Part shown: positions 31,317-43,014 of the stretch, one piece after another
Position numbering within the stretch: the stretch's first letter is position 1
How the letters are laid out: each line of letters begins with the position of its first letter
Assembly: GCA_963719035.1 (NCBI GenBank)
Contig: CAVRAO010000002.1
Location: forward strand, 32,001 to 96,000
Direction: 5' to 3'
Source: Methanobacteriota archaeon
GTDB taxonomy: Archaea > Halobacteriota > Bog-38 > Methanoflorentales > Methanoflorentaceae
Length of the DNA: 64,000 nt
Translations under genes and position numbers: made by a program
The notes under the pieces: model-generated
Seen by the model: only the letters and a program-made list of their open reading frames with translations
Told to the model about the DNA's origin: nothing
Databases searched by the model: none

Positions 31317-32489
31317 GTGAGGGACAAATACGACGTTGTAGTGGTGGGCGCTGGCCCCGCTGGTTCTTATGCTGCAGCGACGGCAGCAACCGAATGCGAC
31401 GTTCTTTTGATTGAAAAGCGGCAGGAGATCGGCGATCCTGTACGCTGTGCAGAAGGCGTGTCAAAAGGGGCTCTCTCGAAGTTTCTGCGACCACAAAAAG
31501 AATGGATAGCAAATAAAGTAACTGGCGCCCGAATATTTGCGCCTGATGGGACGCTCTTGGAGGTCTCCGAAGAGCTTGCAGGTCCCGAGGTGGGTTACGT
31601 GCTTGAACGCAAGATTTTTGATCGAGATCTTGCGAAGCGAGCAGCTAAAGCAGGGGCCGATGTAACTGTTCGTACACGCGCTGTCGGCGTCATAAGAGAA
31701 GATGGGTTTGTGCGCGGCGTCAAAGTCCGGCACTTAGGTGAACCGCTTGAAATACGGGCTTCTGTGGTTATCGCGGCCGATGGCGTCGAGTCACAAGTCG
31801 CCCGGTGGGCAGGCATTAATACGACTCTTAGACCAAGCGATCTAGAGAGCTGTGCACAATACTTAATGACAAATGCCGATATTAAAGAAGATTATTGTGA
31901 TTTTTATCTTGGTTCGGAATCTCCCGGCGGCTACGCTTGGGCATTTCCAAAGGGGCCTCAAGAAGGAAATATCGGGATGGGCGTCCTTGCGAGCAAATTA
32001 GCGGGCAAACACTCCATCGATTATTTGAACGCGTTTGTGGAAAGACACTTCCCCTATGCACAGCCAGTTGAACTGCATCTAGGTGGTGTTCCGGTCAGCA
32101 AACCAGCTCGTAAGACGGTGGATGATGGGCTAATGCTCGTCGGTGATGCGGCCCGCCATGTAGACCCTATTACAGGGGGAGGCATCATCAACGCGTTGGA
32201 GGGTGGCAGGCTGGCTGGCGAGGTTGCAGTCCAAGCGGTTCAAGCGCAAGACCCTTCATTGAAGGTGCTAAAGCACTATGAAGCAGGTTGGCGCGCTTCT
32301 TTCGGAAAAAAGCTCGAACGAAATTACAAAATCAAGGACATCTTTGTAAATCTTTCCGACGCTGAGCTAAACAAGCTCATTCGTTCGATTGAAGGCCTTC
32401 CACTCGAAGAAATGAGCGTTGCTGGAATTGTTAAACGCTTGATTTCCAGCAATCCGCGACTGTTGGTGGGCCTGCGTCATCTGTTTTGA
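31317..32489 (+). CDS. Digeranylgeranylglycerophospholipid reductase
   Basis: GAGPAG, PVRCAEG, PGGYAWAFP, VGDAA..DPITGGG. Confidence 0.92.
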   Translation: MRDKYDVVVVGAGPAGSYAAATAATECDVLLIEKRQEIGDPVRCAEGVSKGALSKFLRPQKEWIANKVTGARIFAPDGTLLEVSEELAGPEVGYVLERKIFDRDLAKRAAKAGADVTVRTRAVGVIREDGFVRGVKVRHLGEPLEIRASVVIAADGVESQVARWAGINTTLRPSDLESCAQYLMTNADIKEDYCDFYLGSESPGGYAWAFPKGPQEGNIGMGVLASKLAGKHSIDYLNAFVERHFPYAQPVELHLGGVPVSKPARKTVDDGLMLVGDAARHVDPITGGGIINALEGGRLAGEVAVQAVQAQDPSLKVLKHYEAGWRASFGKKLERNYKIKDIFVNLSDAELNKLIRSIEGLPLEEMSVAGIVKRLISSNPRLLVGLRHLF

Positions 32490-32504
32490 GAGGACTGACG
32501 CGAC

Positions 32505-33155
32505 ATGAAGCTTGCCGGAGTGGATGAAGCTGGAAAAGGTGCTGTCTTGGGTTCACTCTTCGTTGCAGGGGTTTCCATCGACTCATCGGCGCTGAAGTAT
32601 TTGGAGAGGATGGGGCTAAAGGATTCAAAAGTGCTAAGTCCTAAGCGCCGCGAATTTCTGTCGAAGCGCATAAAAAAAGTATGCGCTGTGCAGCTCCAAG
32701 AGATTACAGCGCAGCAAATAGATGAACTGAGGGCAATCCTCACTATGAATGACATCTTGGTTAGGGGGCATGCTCAAAGTCTGCGTCGTTTAAAGCCAGA
32801 TGTAGCATTTGTGGACGCTGCTGATGTTGATGCATCGCGATTCTCTCGGCGCGTGATGGAAGAGAGTGGGGTAGATGACGTAATCGCTGAGCACAAAGCA
32901 GACTCAAATCACGCGATAGTGTCAGCTGCGTCAATTATTGCGAAAGTCAGTAGAGATGCCAGCATACAAACTCTCGAATCTTCACTTGGCGTTGACATCG
33001 GTAGTGGTTATCCATCAGATGCGAGGACAATTACTTTTTTGAAAAAGTGGTTGGACGAACGAGGCGACTTCCCACCGGGCACGAGACGTTCGTGGAAAAC
33101 GGCGCAAGATTTGCTTGCTGCCACGCTCAAAAAGGGTCAAAGCGACACTGAATAA
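32505..33155 (+). CDS. rnhB: Ribonuclease HII
   Basis: GVDEAGKG, KDSK, AASIIAK, GSGYPSD. Confidence 0.95.
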   Translation: MKLAGVDEAGKGAVLGSLFVAGVSIDSSALKYLERMGLKDSKVLSPKRREFLSKRIKKVCAVQLQEITAQQIDELRAILTMNDILVRGHAQSLRRLKPDVAFVDAADVDASRFSRRVMEESGVDDVIAEHKADSNHAIVSAASIIAKVSRDASIQTLESSLGVDIGSGYPSDARTITFLKKWLDERGDFPPGTRRSWKTAQDLLAATLKKGQSDTE

Positions 33156-33192
33156 GACTGGCAAGCGACCCAACTCCTGGCATGCGGGCTTG

Positions 33193-33993
33193 TTATCTTA
33201 GCTTCATCGGGACTTTTTCAAAAAAACTCTGTTCGCCGAGCACGAAAAGCGACTGTTCTTGGTCCTTATAGAAACGGATCTCATCATTTTTGTGAACGGT
33301 TTCACTATGTTGTCCATCGACGACGATTGCTGCATCCTTCTCTCTCATTTTGATGACTATCGTGCTCTTGTCATTTACGACCCACGGACGAACTGAAAGC
33401 TTATGTGGCGCGAGGGGAACGATGAGGAATGCATTTACATGCGGATCTACGATCGGACCTCCAGCGCTCATTGCGTACGCGGTTGAACCAGTTGGCGTCG
33501 CCACGATCACGCCATCTGCCCGCAATACGTCTACCTCGTGATCGTCTACCTGCACACTGTACTCAATAATTTTTGCCGGTCGAGAGGTGACGATCACTGC
33601 CTCGTTTGTCGCGGATGGTAAGCGCCTGTCATTCACTGAAATCGCTAAACGTGAATGTGTCGAGACACGGAAACCATCCAGCAGGCTCTCTACGACGCTG
33701 AGAGCCCTTTCGGGATTGACATCAGCCAAGAAGCCGACCTTGCCGACGTTTATCCCGACTATTGGAATCGGATTTGGAAGGTTTTGAAGAACGCGCAGAA
33801 TCGTACCGTCTCCCCCTACGGTCACGATAACGTCGGCGTCTAAGGCTTCAAGAGGCACCCCTTTTTGGCCTAACGCGTGCGCGGTTTCATCGTCATATAC
33901 AGTCTGCGCACGCCCTTTTAAGAAGCGGCCTATTTCAGCAGCTAAGTCTGTTGCTTCTTTGTTATCACATCTTGAGATGATTCCTATCTGCAT
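33193..33993 (-). CDS. nadK: NAD kinase
   Basis: GGDGT, NE, TPTGSTAY..SAGG. Confidence 0.95.
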   Translation of the reverse strand: MQIGIISRCDNKEATDLAAEIGRFLKGRAQTVYDDETAHALGQKGVPLEALDADVIVTVGGDGTILRVLQNLPNPIPIVGINVGKVGFLADVNPERALSVVESLLDGFRVSTHSRLAISVNDRRLPSATNEAVIVTSRPAKIIEYSVQVDDHEVDVLRADGVIVATPTGSTAYAMSAGGPIVDPHVNAFLIVPLAPHKLSVRPWVVNDKSTIVIKMREKDAAIVVDGQHSETVHKNDEIRFYKDQEQSLFVLGEQSFFEKVPMKLR

Positions 33994-34099
33994 CTGTATT
34001 ACCAGACTTCGTTAGTTTTTTGAATGGAGCGCTGCCGGACGCTAGACGCTTAAATCTAATGTGTATATATTTATATTAAATGCTCGTTTATTACCCCGC

Positions 34100-34483
34100 A
34101 TGAAGGAGCAAACGGAAATAAGAACGCTTAAACAGGGTCGTTATATAATAATTGATGATGAACCTTCTACCATAGTCAATCTAGAAAAATCAAAGCCGGG
34201 CAAGCACGGATCAGCCAAGGCGCGCATAGACGCTATTGGCGTTTTCGATGGACAAAAGAGGTCGATTGTGTCACCCGTGAGTGCTAAGGTTTATGTGCCT
34301 ATTGTAGAAAGAAAAGGAGCGCAAATTCTCTCTGTTTTAGGGAACGTCGCGCAGCTCATGGATTTGAACGATTACTCAACTTTTGAGATCGAGATCCCTC
34401 AAGAACATATGGGCAAGCTCGAAGCGGGCAACGACGTTACGTACTTAGAATCGATGGGTAAGCGCAAATTGGATATCAAATAG
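34100..34483 (+). CDS. eif5a: Translation factor aIF-5A
   Basis: SKPGKHGSAK hypusine motif. Confidence 0.96.
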   Translation: MKEQTEIRTLKQGRYIIIDDEPSTIVNLEKSKPGKHGSAKARIDAIGVFDGQKRSIVSPVSAKVYVPIVERKGAQILSVLGNVAQLMDLNDYSTFEIEIPQEHMGKLEAGNDVTYLESMGKRKLDIK

Positions 34484-34511
34484 TAAGTCCAACTTGACCT
34501 GTTGTTTCCGC

Positions 34512-35381
34512 ATGATGTTTGCTGATTCAGGCTCCGATTACGCAAGTAGTAAGTACGTAATTCACGGCATCTTATTTGACGGTACCTCATCGTTTAGAAC
34601 GGGATCTAGATGGGCGCCTGAAGCGATTCGAAAAGCTTCTTACAACTATGAGCCATATGACTTTGACTGCGATCGCGATCTTTCAGAGCCGCTGGTGCAC
34701 GACATGGGCGATTCGGAGTATGGCAATTTAAACGAAATGGTTGTAGATCTCGAAAAAACAACTTCTCGCTTAGTTGAAGACGAAAAAGTGCCAATAACGT
34801 TAGGTGGCGAGCATTCAGTTACTTTTCCCTGTATTAAGGCCTTAGCGAGAGAAATAGAGCTCGTGGCCGTCATTTTTGACGCGCATTTGGATTTTAAGGC
34901 GGAGTATCTTGGTAATGAATTTGGTCACGCGAGCGTTGCGCGGAATATCTCGCATCTTGGAGTACCGCTGATTCAAGTCGGAATCCGAAGTGGAGCTCGC
35001 GATGAGTATAAGCACGCGTTAGGTACGAGCGCTATTTATACGATGGAACAGGTTAGGCGCGATGGAATCAAAGAGATCTTGAGAGATATTGAATCTTCAA
35101 TTGGGGGAAAGCTTATCTATCTCTCGATTGACATGGACGCTATAGATCCTGCTTTTGCACCTGGCGTGGGAAATCCGGAGCCCTACGGGTTGACGCCATT
35201 GGAACTGCGAACATCAATTAGGAGGTTGGCACCTTATGTGTCCGGCTTCGATTTAGTCGAAATCACACCTGACTATGACATGGGAATGTCAGCTATGGTC
35301 GGCGCGAAACTCGTTCGCGATTTCTTGTTTGCTCATTCAAGCGTTGTGACTAAAGCGACGATTAAGGAGATTGTTCAGTGA
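34512..35381 (+). CDS. speB: Agmatinase (ureohydrolase)
   Basis: GGEHS, DAHLD, SIDMDAIDP. Confidence 0.9.
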   Translation: MMFADSGSDYASSKYVIHGILFDGTSSFRTGSRWAPEAIRKASYNYEPYDFDCDRDLSEPLVHDMGDSEYGNLNEMVVDLEKTTSRLVEDEKVPITLGGEHSVTFPCIKALAREIELVAVIFDAHLDFKAEYLGNEFGHASVARNISHLGVPLIQVGIRSGARDEYKHALGTSAIYTMEQVRRDGIKEILRDIESSIGGKLIYLSIDMDAIDPAFAPGVGNPEPYGLTPLELRTSIRRLAPYVSGFDLVEITPDYDMGMSAMVGAKLVRDFLFAHSSVVTKATIKEIVQ

Positions 35382-36292
35382 ACCCGGTTAAACACGCTAA
35401 GGTCCGAAAAGATATCACGGTCGCTGCGCTCATCCAGCAGTACGAAAACTGTGCTTTTGGAGCTGGACGCTTAGCAAAAGCCGTCAAGATTTACAAAGAA
35501 ATGCAAGCTGAAGACGTTACGAGCTTTTTTGGTCTTGCCGGCGCTATGGTCCCTGCTGGAATGCGGCAGGTCGTTGTTGACATGATAAAGCGCCGTGATA
35601 TTGACGTGCTAGTAACGACTGGAGCTAATTTGGTACATGATATGATCGAAGCGTTCGGCGGTGAGCATTGTCAAGGCCAATGCAGCGTAAACGATATCGA
35701 GCTAAAGAACTCCAAAATTGATAGAATTTACGACGTCTATCTGGCTGACGAACATTTCACGACGTTTGAAAACAGGTTTGATGCGATAGTTACCGATATT
35801 CTTGATTCAAGCTCACGAAAACAGTTTACTATTAAGGAGTTCTTGCAGGAGATTGGGTCTCGCATTATGGACAAAAACTCCATTTTGCGAGCCGCTGTAG
35901 ACAACGAGGTCCCTGTTTTTTGTCCTGCGATTGCTGATTCTTCTATTGGACTCCAGAGCTGGATGTTCGGGTATAAACGTGATCTTCACGTTGATACATT
36001 CAAGGATATTCGACAAATCATGGACATCTGCTACAAAGCAAGACGATCTGGAGCGCTTTTTATAGGCGGGGGCGTCCCAAAGAATTTTATCATGCAATCC
36101 ATGCTTCTTATCCCGAAAGGGCTTGACTTTGCCATCCAACTAACCATGGACACCCCTGAGACGGGGGGCCTGTCCGGCGCAACTTTGGACGAAGCGAAAT
36201 CGTGGGGGAAAGTTGGGGAACACGCAGAGACTGTGACAGTGTATTCAGACGCGACTATCACGCTTCCAATCCTAGTTGCTTCTTCGTTATAA
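35378..36292 (+). CDS. dys: Deoxyhypusine synthase
   Basis: GGGVPKN, GGLSGATLDEAKSWGK. Confidence 0.93.
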   Translation: MNPVKHAKVRKDITVAALIQQYENCAFGAGRLAKAVKIYKEMQAEDVTSFFGLAGAMVPAGMRQVVVDMIKRRDIDVLVTTGANLVHDMIEAFGGEHCQGQCSVNDIELKNSKIDRIYDVYLADEHFTTFENRFDAIVTDILDSSSRKQFTIKEFLQEIGSRIMDKNSILRAAVDNEVPVFCPAIADSSIGLQSWMFGYKRDLHVDTFKDIRQIMDICYKARRSGALFIGGGVPKNFIMQSMLLIPKGLDFAIQLTMDTPETGGLSGATLDEAKSWGKVGEHAETVTVYSDATITLPILVASSL

Positions 36293-36318
36293 ACAGCAAG
36301 CTTGTGACTCTACAAGCG

Positions 36319-36981
36319 TTAAAAGCGCCTACCTGATACGCGATCTAGGTCAAAGCTCGCTGTTTTCGCAATGGCCATCACCGCAAAGGTCCCAGCCTGA
36401 ACTGGATCGGTGACCACCAGGTCCGCCACGTCTGGCACGGAGCCTGCCATATTAAGAGCTATAACCTTAAAGCCCTCATTTTGCAGCTTCGTGACCTCGT
36501 GAGCGATTTTTCCCCCCATGAGAGAACCTGCCAGCACCAAAATACTTGCTCGATGTGTTCTGGACACCGCATTTACCGCTTTCGCAATGTTATTTTCGTC
36601 TACCATAGGCAAAGTGTCTATGCTAATCCGCTCTCCTCTAATATTGTGCCTATCAGCTTCTGTAATTGCTCCGAGTGCTACTTGCGCTACCTGAGCGCCC
36701 CCACCTATTATGATAATCCTAGAGCCCCAAATCTTTTCGAATGGTTGGTGAAACGAAACGCTCTCAACGTCAGTAATAGCTTTGAGCTTTTCTGCTAATT
36801 TTCGCCCACTAGGCACATTCTCAATTTCCATGTAGATTGAAGCTAAGCCTTTATGCTTGCCTTTCGAAAGAATAAACTGCTGTGTGTATTTTATATTTCC
36901 CTCAAAATGCGCAACTACAGCTGCAACATCTCTTAGAACGCCAGGTTTGTCTTGGCATATCACATTTATCGCGGTTAACAT
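36319..36981 (-). CDS. ACT-domain + DUF5612 protein
   Basis: DKPGVL ACT start; GGGAQV, EADRHNIRGERIS. Confidence 0.8.
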   Translation of the reverse strand: MLTAINVICQDKPGVLRDVAAVVAHFEGNIKYTQQFILSKGKHKGLASIYMEIENVPSGRKLAEKLKAITDVESVSFHQPFEKIWGSRIIIIGGGAQVAQVALGAITEADRHNIRGERISIDTLPMVDENNIAKAVNAVSRTHRASILVLAGSLMGGKIAHEVTKLQNEGFKVIALNMAGSVPDVADLVVTDPVQAGTFAVMAIAKTASFDLDRVSGRRF

Positions 36982-37003
36982 TTCTATCTCTCTTTAGCTC
37001 CGA

Positions 37004-38026
37004 TTAGCGGCTAGTAGCCCGATGCGGGTTATATATTATTCCTTCTTCTGTAATTATGGCTGTAACTAACTCCTTAGGAGTCACATCAAATGCTGGGTTT
37101 TCAACATGTGCCGAGCGAGGGGCGATTTGTTTTCCACGGCAAAACCTTAATTCATTAGCGTCGCGCTCCTCAATTTTGACAACTGAACTTTCGTGATCAA
37201 AGGTTGCTAAAGGAGCAGCAACATAGAAAGGTACATCGTGAGTTTTGGCGCAAATCGCTAGCATATACGTTCCTACTTTGTTGTAGACTGAAGTTTGAGT
37301 AATCCTATCCGCCCCCACTATCACGTTGTCTATTTTTCCCTGTTTCATTATCGAAGCAGCCATGTTGTCAGCAATTAATGTTGTGGGGATATTGTCCTCT
37401 AACAATTCAAAGACTGTGAGGCGGCTTCCTTGATTGAGCGGTCTAGTTTCGCACGCATATACGGCGATCCGCTTCCCCTCTTGTATTGCAGAGCGCACGA
37501 TCCCTAACGCCGTTCCCCAACCGACCGTAGCAAGCCTTCCCGCGTTGCAGTACGTCATTACGACGTCACCGTCTTTGAGCAACGATGCACCGATATTACC
37601 TAAGGCCTTGTTTGCTATCACGTCTTCTTCGGCTACGCGGAGCGCCTCATTGAGCGCTACTTCTCGGACTTCGTCAACCGTGATACAGGGCTCAATAGCT
37701 TTTAGAACGCGATCAACCCCGAAAAACAGATTGATGGCAGTCGGTCGTGTTTCTATGATTGACTTTGCTGCCAGGCGCAAATGCGCTTTTAACTTGACAA
37801 TGTTGCGGTTTTTATTCGATTGTGCGGCAAGAGCAACGCCATAAGCACCGGCTGCCCCTAGAGCGGGCGCTCCGCGCACTTTCAATGTTTTTATCGCGTT
37901 GATGAGCTGATTTAATGTCGTTATTCTCACGAGTTGATACGTGACAGGAAGTTTAGTCTGATCGACTAATACAATGGCGTCGGAGTCCCAGAAAATCGTC
38001 AGTTTTTCATCAAACTGCTGGTCCAT
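37004..38026 (-). CDS. mtnA: Methylthioribose-1-phosphate isomerase (eIF2B family)
   Basis: VRGAPA, TRPTAINL, ETRPLNQGSRLT, NPAFDVTP. Confidence 0.9.
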   Translation of the reverse strand: MDQQFDEKLTIFWDSDAIVLVDQTKLPVTYQLVRITTLNQLINAIKTLKVRGAPALGAAGAYGVALAAQSNKNRNIVKLKAHLRLAAKSIIETRPTAINLFFGVDRVLKAIEPCITVDEVREVALNEALRVAEEDVIANKALGNIGASLLKDGDVVMTYCNAGRLATVGWGTALGIVRSAIQEGKRIAVYACETRPLNQGSRLTVFELLEDNIPTTLIADNMAASIMKQGKIDNVIVGADRITQTSVYNKVGTYMLAICAKTHDVPFYVAAPLATFDHESSVVKIEERDANELRFCRGKQIAPRSAHVENPAFDVTPKELVTAIITEEGIIYNPHRATSR

Positions 38027-38248
38027 ATACTCAACTGGAAATTGAAGTTTAGAAGCTTAACGGTAGAAGTCAGTAAAAGCAAATTGGGCTTAGTTACTCG
38101 AGCATGTGTCTCCCTTCGCACTAACTCCCACTGATGAAGTCTTTAACCGCAATCTAGGTTCTCACAATAGTTCGTTTTAAGAGGCGTATTTCCTTTTTTT
38201 TGGACAGTATATTACCCTATAGCAACCATTAAGTAAAAGGCATCATAA

Positions 38249-38785
38249 TTGTCTCAAGAATCGCAAATGCTTACAGATGATCTTATCCGGGCAACGTTTT
38301 CATCAGATGAGGAGCTAAAGAGCACTCTTTTGCACTCAATTAAAGAACTTGGATTTTCGGTGACTAAGTTTGCTGAGATATCCGGGGTCTCTTCAAGCAC
38401 ACTTTACAAAATCATTTCAGGGGAACGCGAACCAAACCTTAAGACACTTAGAGAGATCCTTAAAGCGATTCGACGGCTGGAAGGAGCCTCCAAGAAAGGG
38501 GACCTCATTGCTGTCGTAGCAGCAAGGCCTGTGCTGGACAAGATAACAGAAAGGTCAATGGTGATAGAGGGAAAAGAGATCCTGATTCGAGAGTATCCTG
38601 CAACCTCTATTGAAGAAGCTCTGATTGCAGCCATCCATGCTGAACGAGATGGGGCGCTCGCGCTTGTTTGCGCTCCGATCGTCAGCCCAACCGTCGAGAA
38701 GATCTTGCGCATCCCGGTCGCGTCGATTATGCCGCAAAACAGTCTCGTTGAAGCGATCAAACTTGCAGCACGCAAAATTAGTTGA
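38249..38785 (+). CDS. XRE-HTH transcriptional regulator with C-terminal alpha/beta domain
   Basis: FAEISGVSSSTLYKIISGEREPNLKT. Confidence 0.85.
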   Translation: MSQESQMLTDDLIRATFSSDEELKSTLLHSIKELGFSVTKFAEISGVSSSTLYKIISGEREPNLKTLREILKAIRRLEGASKKGDLIAVVAARPVLDKITERSMVIEGKEILIREYPATSIEEALIAAIHAERDGALALVCAPIVSPTVEKILRIPVASIMPQNSLVEAIKLAARKIS

Positions 38786-39011
38786 CAAAGAACGTGCGAA
38801 ATATAGCGCTGACCATGTGTTTCCGGGAACTAACATAGAAAAGGTGACCGTATGTCCGAGTAGAACCGGTCTGCATCTCTCTCAATTCTAGGGTGTCATC
38901 AAACAATTGAAAGCAGCGACAAGAAATCTTATTTTGACTCATTGCGTATTTTCTTGCAGGAGTTTTAACTATCAGAAAAGAAACGGATAACTACCGCACG
39001 TCTGATCTGAC

Positions 39012-40397
<1,386 letters not shown>

Positions 40398-40486
40398 ATT
40401 GATGCACGATACTCTTATAGTTTGTTGAGCGAGTTTTTCATCTCCTATAATCTGGGCGTACGCTTTGAATTTCTCAAAAAATATAT

Positions 40487-41542
40487 TTACAACTGTTTAA
40501 TGACCGTTTCTACTTCTTGTCTATAGGCATCTTGATTGAACCCGGCAATGCACGTTAAGGCCATAGCTCCGCCAGCCCCTACACCTTCTTTGACTTCTCC
40601 TTCTTCATATTTCTGCAGTGCGCTAATCGAGCTTTTTGAGAAATCTGGGTAAGCGCTGAATGCATCGATTTCCAACGCTTCAATCAACTCAATCAACCGC
40701 GCTGACGTGTCGTCAAAGACATATTTTGTCGTTGCTAAAACGAGATCGTCGCTAAGGTTGAGCTCCTTTAGGACAGCAGCAATAGTGCCCATTTGGGTTC
40801 CGCCGGCTAAAACAACATCTTTCCCGCTATTTAGGAAGCCTTCGGTCAGCCCAACAACACAAGGCATCATGGGGTCACCAAATAGCTTGATTGCCCGCAT
40901 TGGATCGGCCTGTAAGCTTCCTGGACTGATTGATGCTCCTTGCATAGCTGTTCTGACGACTTTTTCCTTTAAGGCCGTAGGATTTGCGGCAAAGCTGCTG
41001 CTAACGTTTGCGCTGTAGCCGAGTGCTCTTAGCACACACAATGCAGTGGTCGTTCCTCCAGGAATCGTCTCTCCTATCACTGCCAAATCGCATTCGCAAC
41101 ATCCTGCAAGCTTGCGGGAAGCGTCGCGGATTGTGCTGGCGTCAGGAACGCCAGGTCGAAAACGGATGTCATAGCCGTGTTTTGCACGAAGGTCATAGTA
41201 GGGCACGCCTGGGATGATCTGCAAACCTGAATTAATCAAGAGATGTGCGGATTGCGAAAGATTTAGGCCCGCACGCGTAAGAACGGCCGGAGTAGCAGCA
41301 CCAGAGGGCGCATCAGACATAACCCCGATCGTCTTTAACTTTCCGTAGGAGACGATTTCTGCGTCGGCGGCAGGCGTATGTTGAACGTACTTCTGGATGC
41401 TTCCTGCCCCTGAAATGCCAGTTACGGTCGCGATCTCCGAGTTGGAAAGAACTAGCAAAAAAAGTGGACGCTCTGTGCTGCCAAATCTCTTTCTGATATT
41501 TGATGATTCGCCTGAATAGTTTCGGCAGTTCGTTACCCACAT
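40487..41542 (-). CDS. cobT: Archaeal nicotinate-nucleotide--dimethylbenzimidazole phosphoribosyltransferase
   Basis: TPAADAE, GETIPGGTTTA, LAGGTQM, KEGVGAGG. Confidence 0.9.
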   Translation of the reverse strand: MWVTNCRNYSGESSNIRKRFGSTERPLFLLVLSNSEIATVTGISGAGSIQKYVQHTPAADAEIVSYGKLKTIGVMSDAPSGAATPAVLTRAGLNLSQSAHLLINSGLQIIPGVPYYDLRAKHGYDIRFRPGVPDASTIRDASRKLAGCCECDLAVIGETIPGGTTTALCVLRALGYSANVSSSFAANPTALKEKVVRTAMQGASISPGSLQADPMRAIKLFGDPMMPCVVGLTEGFLNSGKDVVLAGGTQMGTIAAVLKELNLSDDLVLATTKYVFDDTSARLIELIEALEIDAFSAYPDFSKSSISALQKYEEGEVKEGVGAGGAMALTCIAGFNQDAYRQEVETVIKQL

Positions 41543-41544
41543 GA

Positions 41545-42861
41545 CTAGCGACGCACTTCGCGGTTTGTTGCATCCGCACCTGTTGCGCTCTTTTGTTCGA
41601 GCCGAGGGAGCGTATAAGCGCCAAATGGCATCACTATGATTCGCGCGTTTGGCCCGTGCTTTTTGAGCGTTGCTTGAAGGGCTTCTTCTAAATTTCGAGA
41701 GCAGAGTAAGAATGCTCGCTCGACAATTTCCTTTTGAAGCTCTGAGACAAGGTAGATGTCTGCTTTTTGAGTGAGTTTCGCTAAAATTCCGGCTTTGTGT
41801 CCGCCAATTTCGAAAGCATAGTCGAGCCGATCAACAAGCTCCTGCTTGTCTTGTGCTTCGTGAATCCAACGCTCAAATACCTTTTCTCCTAGTCCTTCTG
41901 GACATTCAGCTGCTAAAACGATGGCGCCTCCGTCTTTGAGCGCGTGTTTCGCATTATCGAGCGCTTTTTGTGCTTGAAAGAGGTTAATATCCTTCGGTGA
42001 GCCTCCTGCTGATGCCAGAACAACGTCTGCGAGCTCTGGTATTGGTACTATATACATAGAATCGACGACTTTTACCCCTTCGCGGTGCGCTCGAATCGGA
42101 TCACCTGCGACAGCTTTAACGATTTGTTTTTGTGCGTTAAGCACGACGTTCACGATAAAATCGCATCCAATTAGTTGGCCTGCGTCTTCGAGATCCTCTC
42201 TCACGGGGCTGTCCAGCCTTCCTGCTTCAGCGTTTGGCTGAAGCATCAGTTTATGATTCGATTCAATCGTCTCGCGCGCACAAACGCCCGGTAGCAATGA
42301 CTTATATCCACCGCTGTATCCAGCAAAATAATGGAGCTCAACCGTGCCGAGGCAAACTCGCACGTTAGAGCTGAGGACTACTTTGTTTGCATAAACTCGT
42401 GTCCCTCTTGGCGTTGTGCCGACAAAAACGCAGTTATTGCCGTCGTGGTTGATGCACCGGTAGCGATCAAAAACATCATCACCCACGAGTTCTTTCATCT
42501 CTGACTTTGAAAGAGGCCGGTGAATTCCGAGAGCAAACAATATCGTTATCTGGCTGTCAGGAATCTCTGCTTTCCGCAATTCGTTAAGAACGTGCGGCAG
42601 CAGCTTTTTGGTTGGGGTCGGTCTGGTTACGTCGCTCGCTATGATGACTACGCGCAAATCCTTTTTTGAGCCTTTCCGTTCTGACGCGATTTCGTAGAGC
42701 GTGGGAGTTCCAATTGGATCATTCAAAGCGCCAGCGATTTCGCTTTCCTCATCCAATACTTCGATTTCGAGTGGTTCTATAACCTGAATTAGGTTATTCG
42801 TGTCGAGAGTAACTGAGGTTTTACCCTTTCCATAATTGAGAGTGACTTGCGATTTCCCCAT
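41545..42861 (-). CDS. larA: LarA-family nickel-pincer 2-hydroxyacid racemase/epimerase
   Basis: DVTRPTP, LGIHR, HYFAGYSGGYKS, DINLFQAQKAL, GGHK. Confidence 0.85.
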   Translation of the reverse strand: MGKSQVTLNYGKGKTSVTLDTNNLIQVIEPLEIEVLDEESEIAGALNDPIGTPTLYEIASERKGSKKDLRVVIIASDVTRPTPTKKLLPHVLNELRKAEIPDSQITILFALGIHRPLSKSEMKELVGDDVFDRYRCINHDGNNCVFVGTTPRGTRVYANKVVLSSNVRVCLGTVELHYFAGYSGGYKSLLPGVCARETIESNHKLMLQPNAEAGRLDSPVREDLEDAGQLIGCDFIVNVVLNAQKQIVKAVAGDPIRAHREGVKVVDSMYIVPIPELADVVLASAGGSPKDINLFQAQKALDNAKHALKDGGAIVLAAECPEGLGEKVFERWIHEAQDKQELVDRLDYAFEIGGHKAGILAKLTQKADIYLVSELQKEIVERAFLLCSRNLEEALQATLKKHGPNARIIVMPFGAYTLPRLEQKSATGADATNREVRR

Positions 42862-43014
42862 CAAGGACTCTTTCGTCTTTTTTAGTATATCAATATTCAA
42901 TAGGTACGAAGCGGACCGGTGAATGGTGCGGAACTAGGTTCATATAGAATTGTTACTATAATAAGAATCTGGGATACGTTAGAGTCCATTAAAAACGAGT
43001 GGAGGGGCCTAAAG

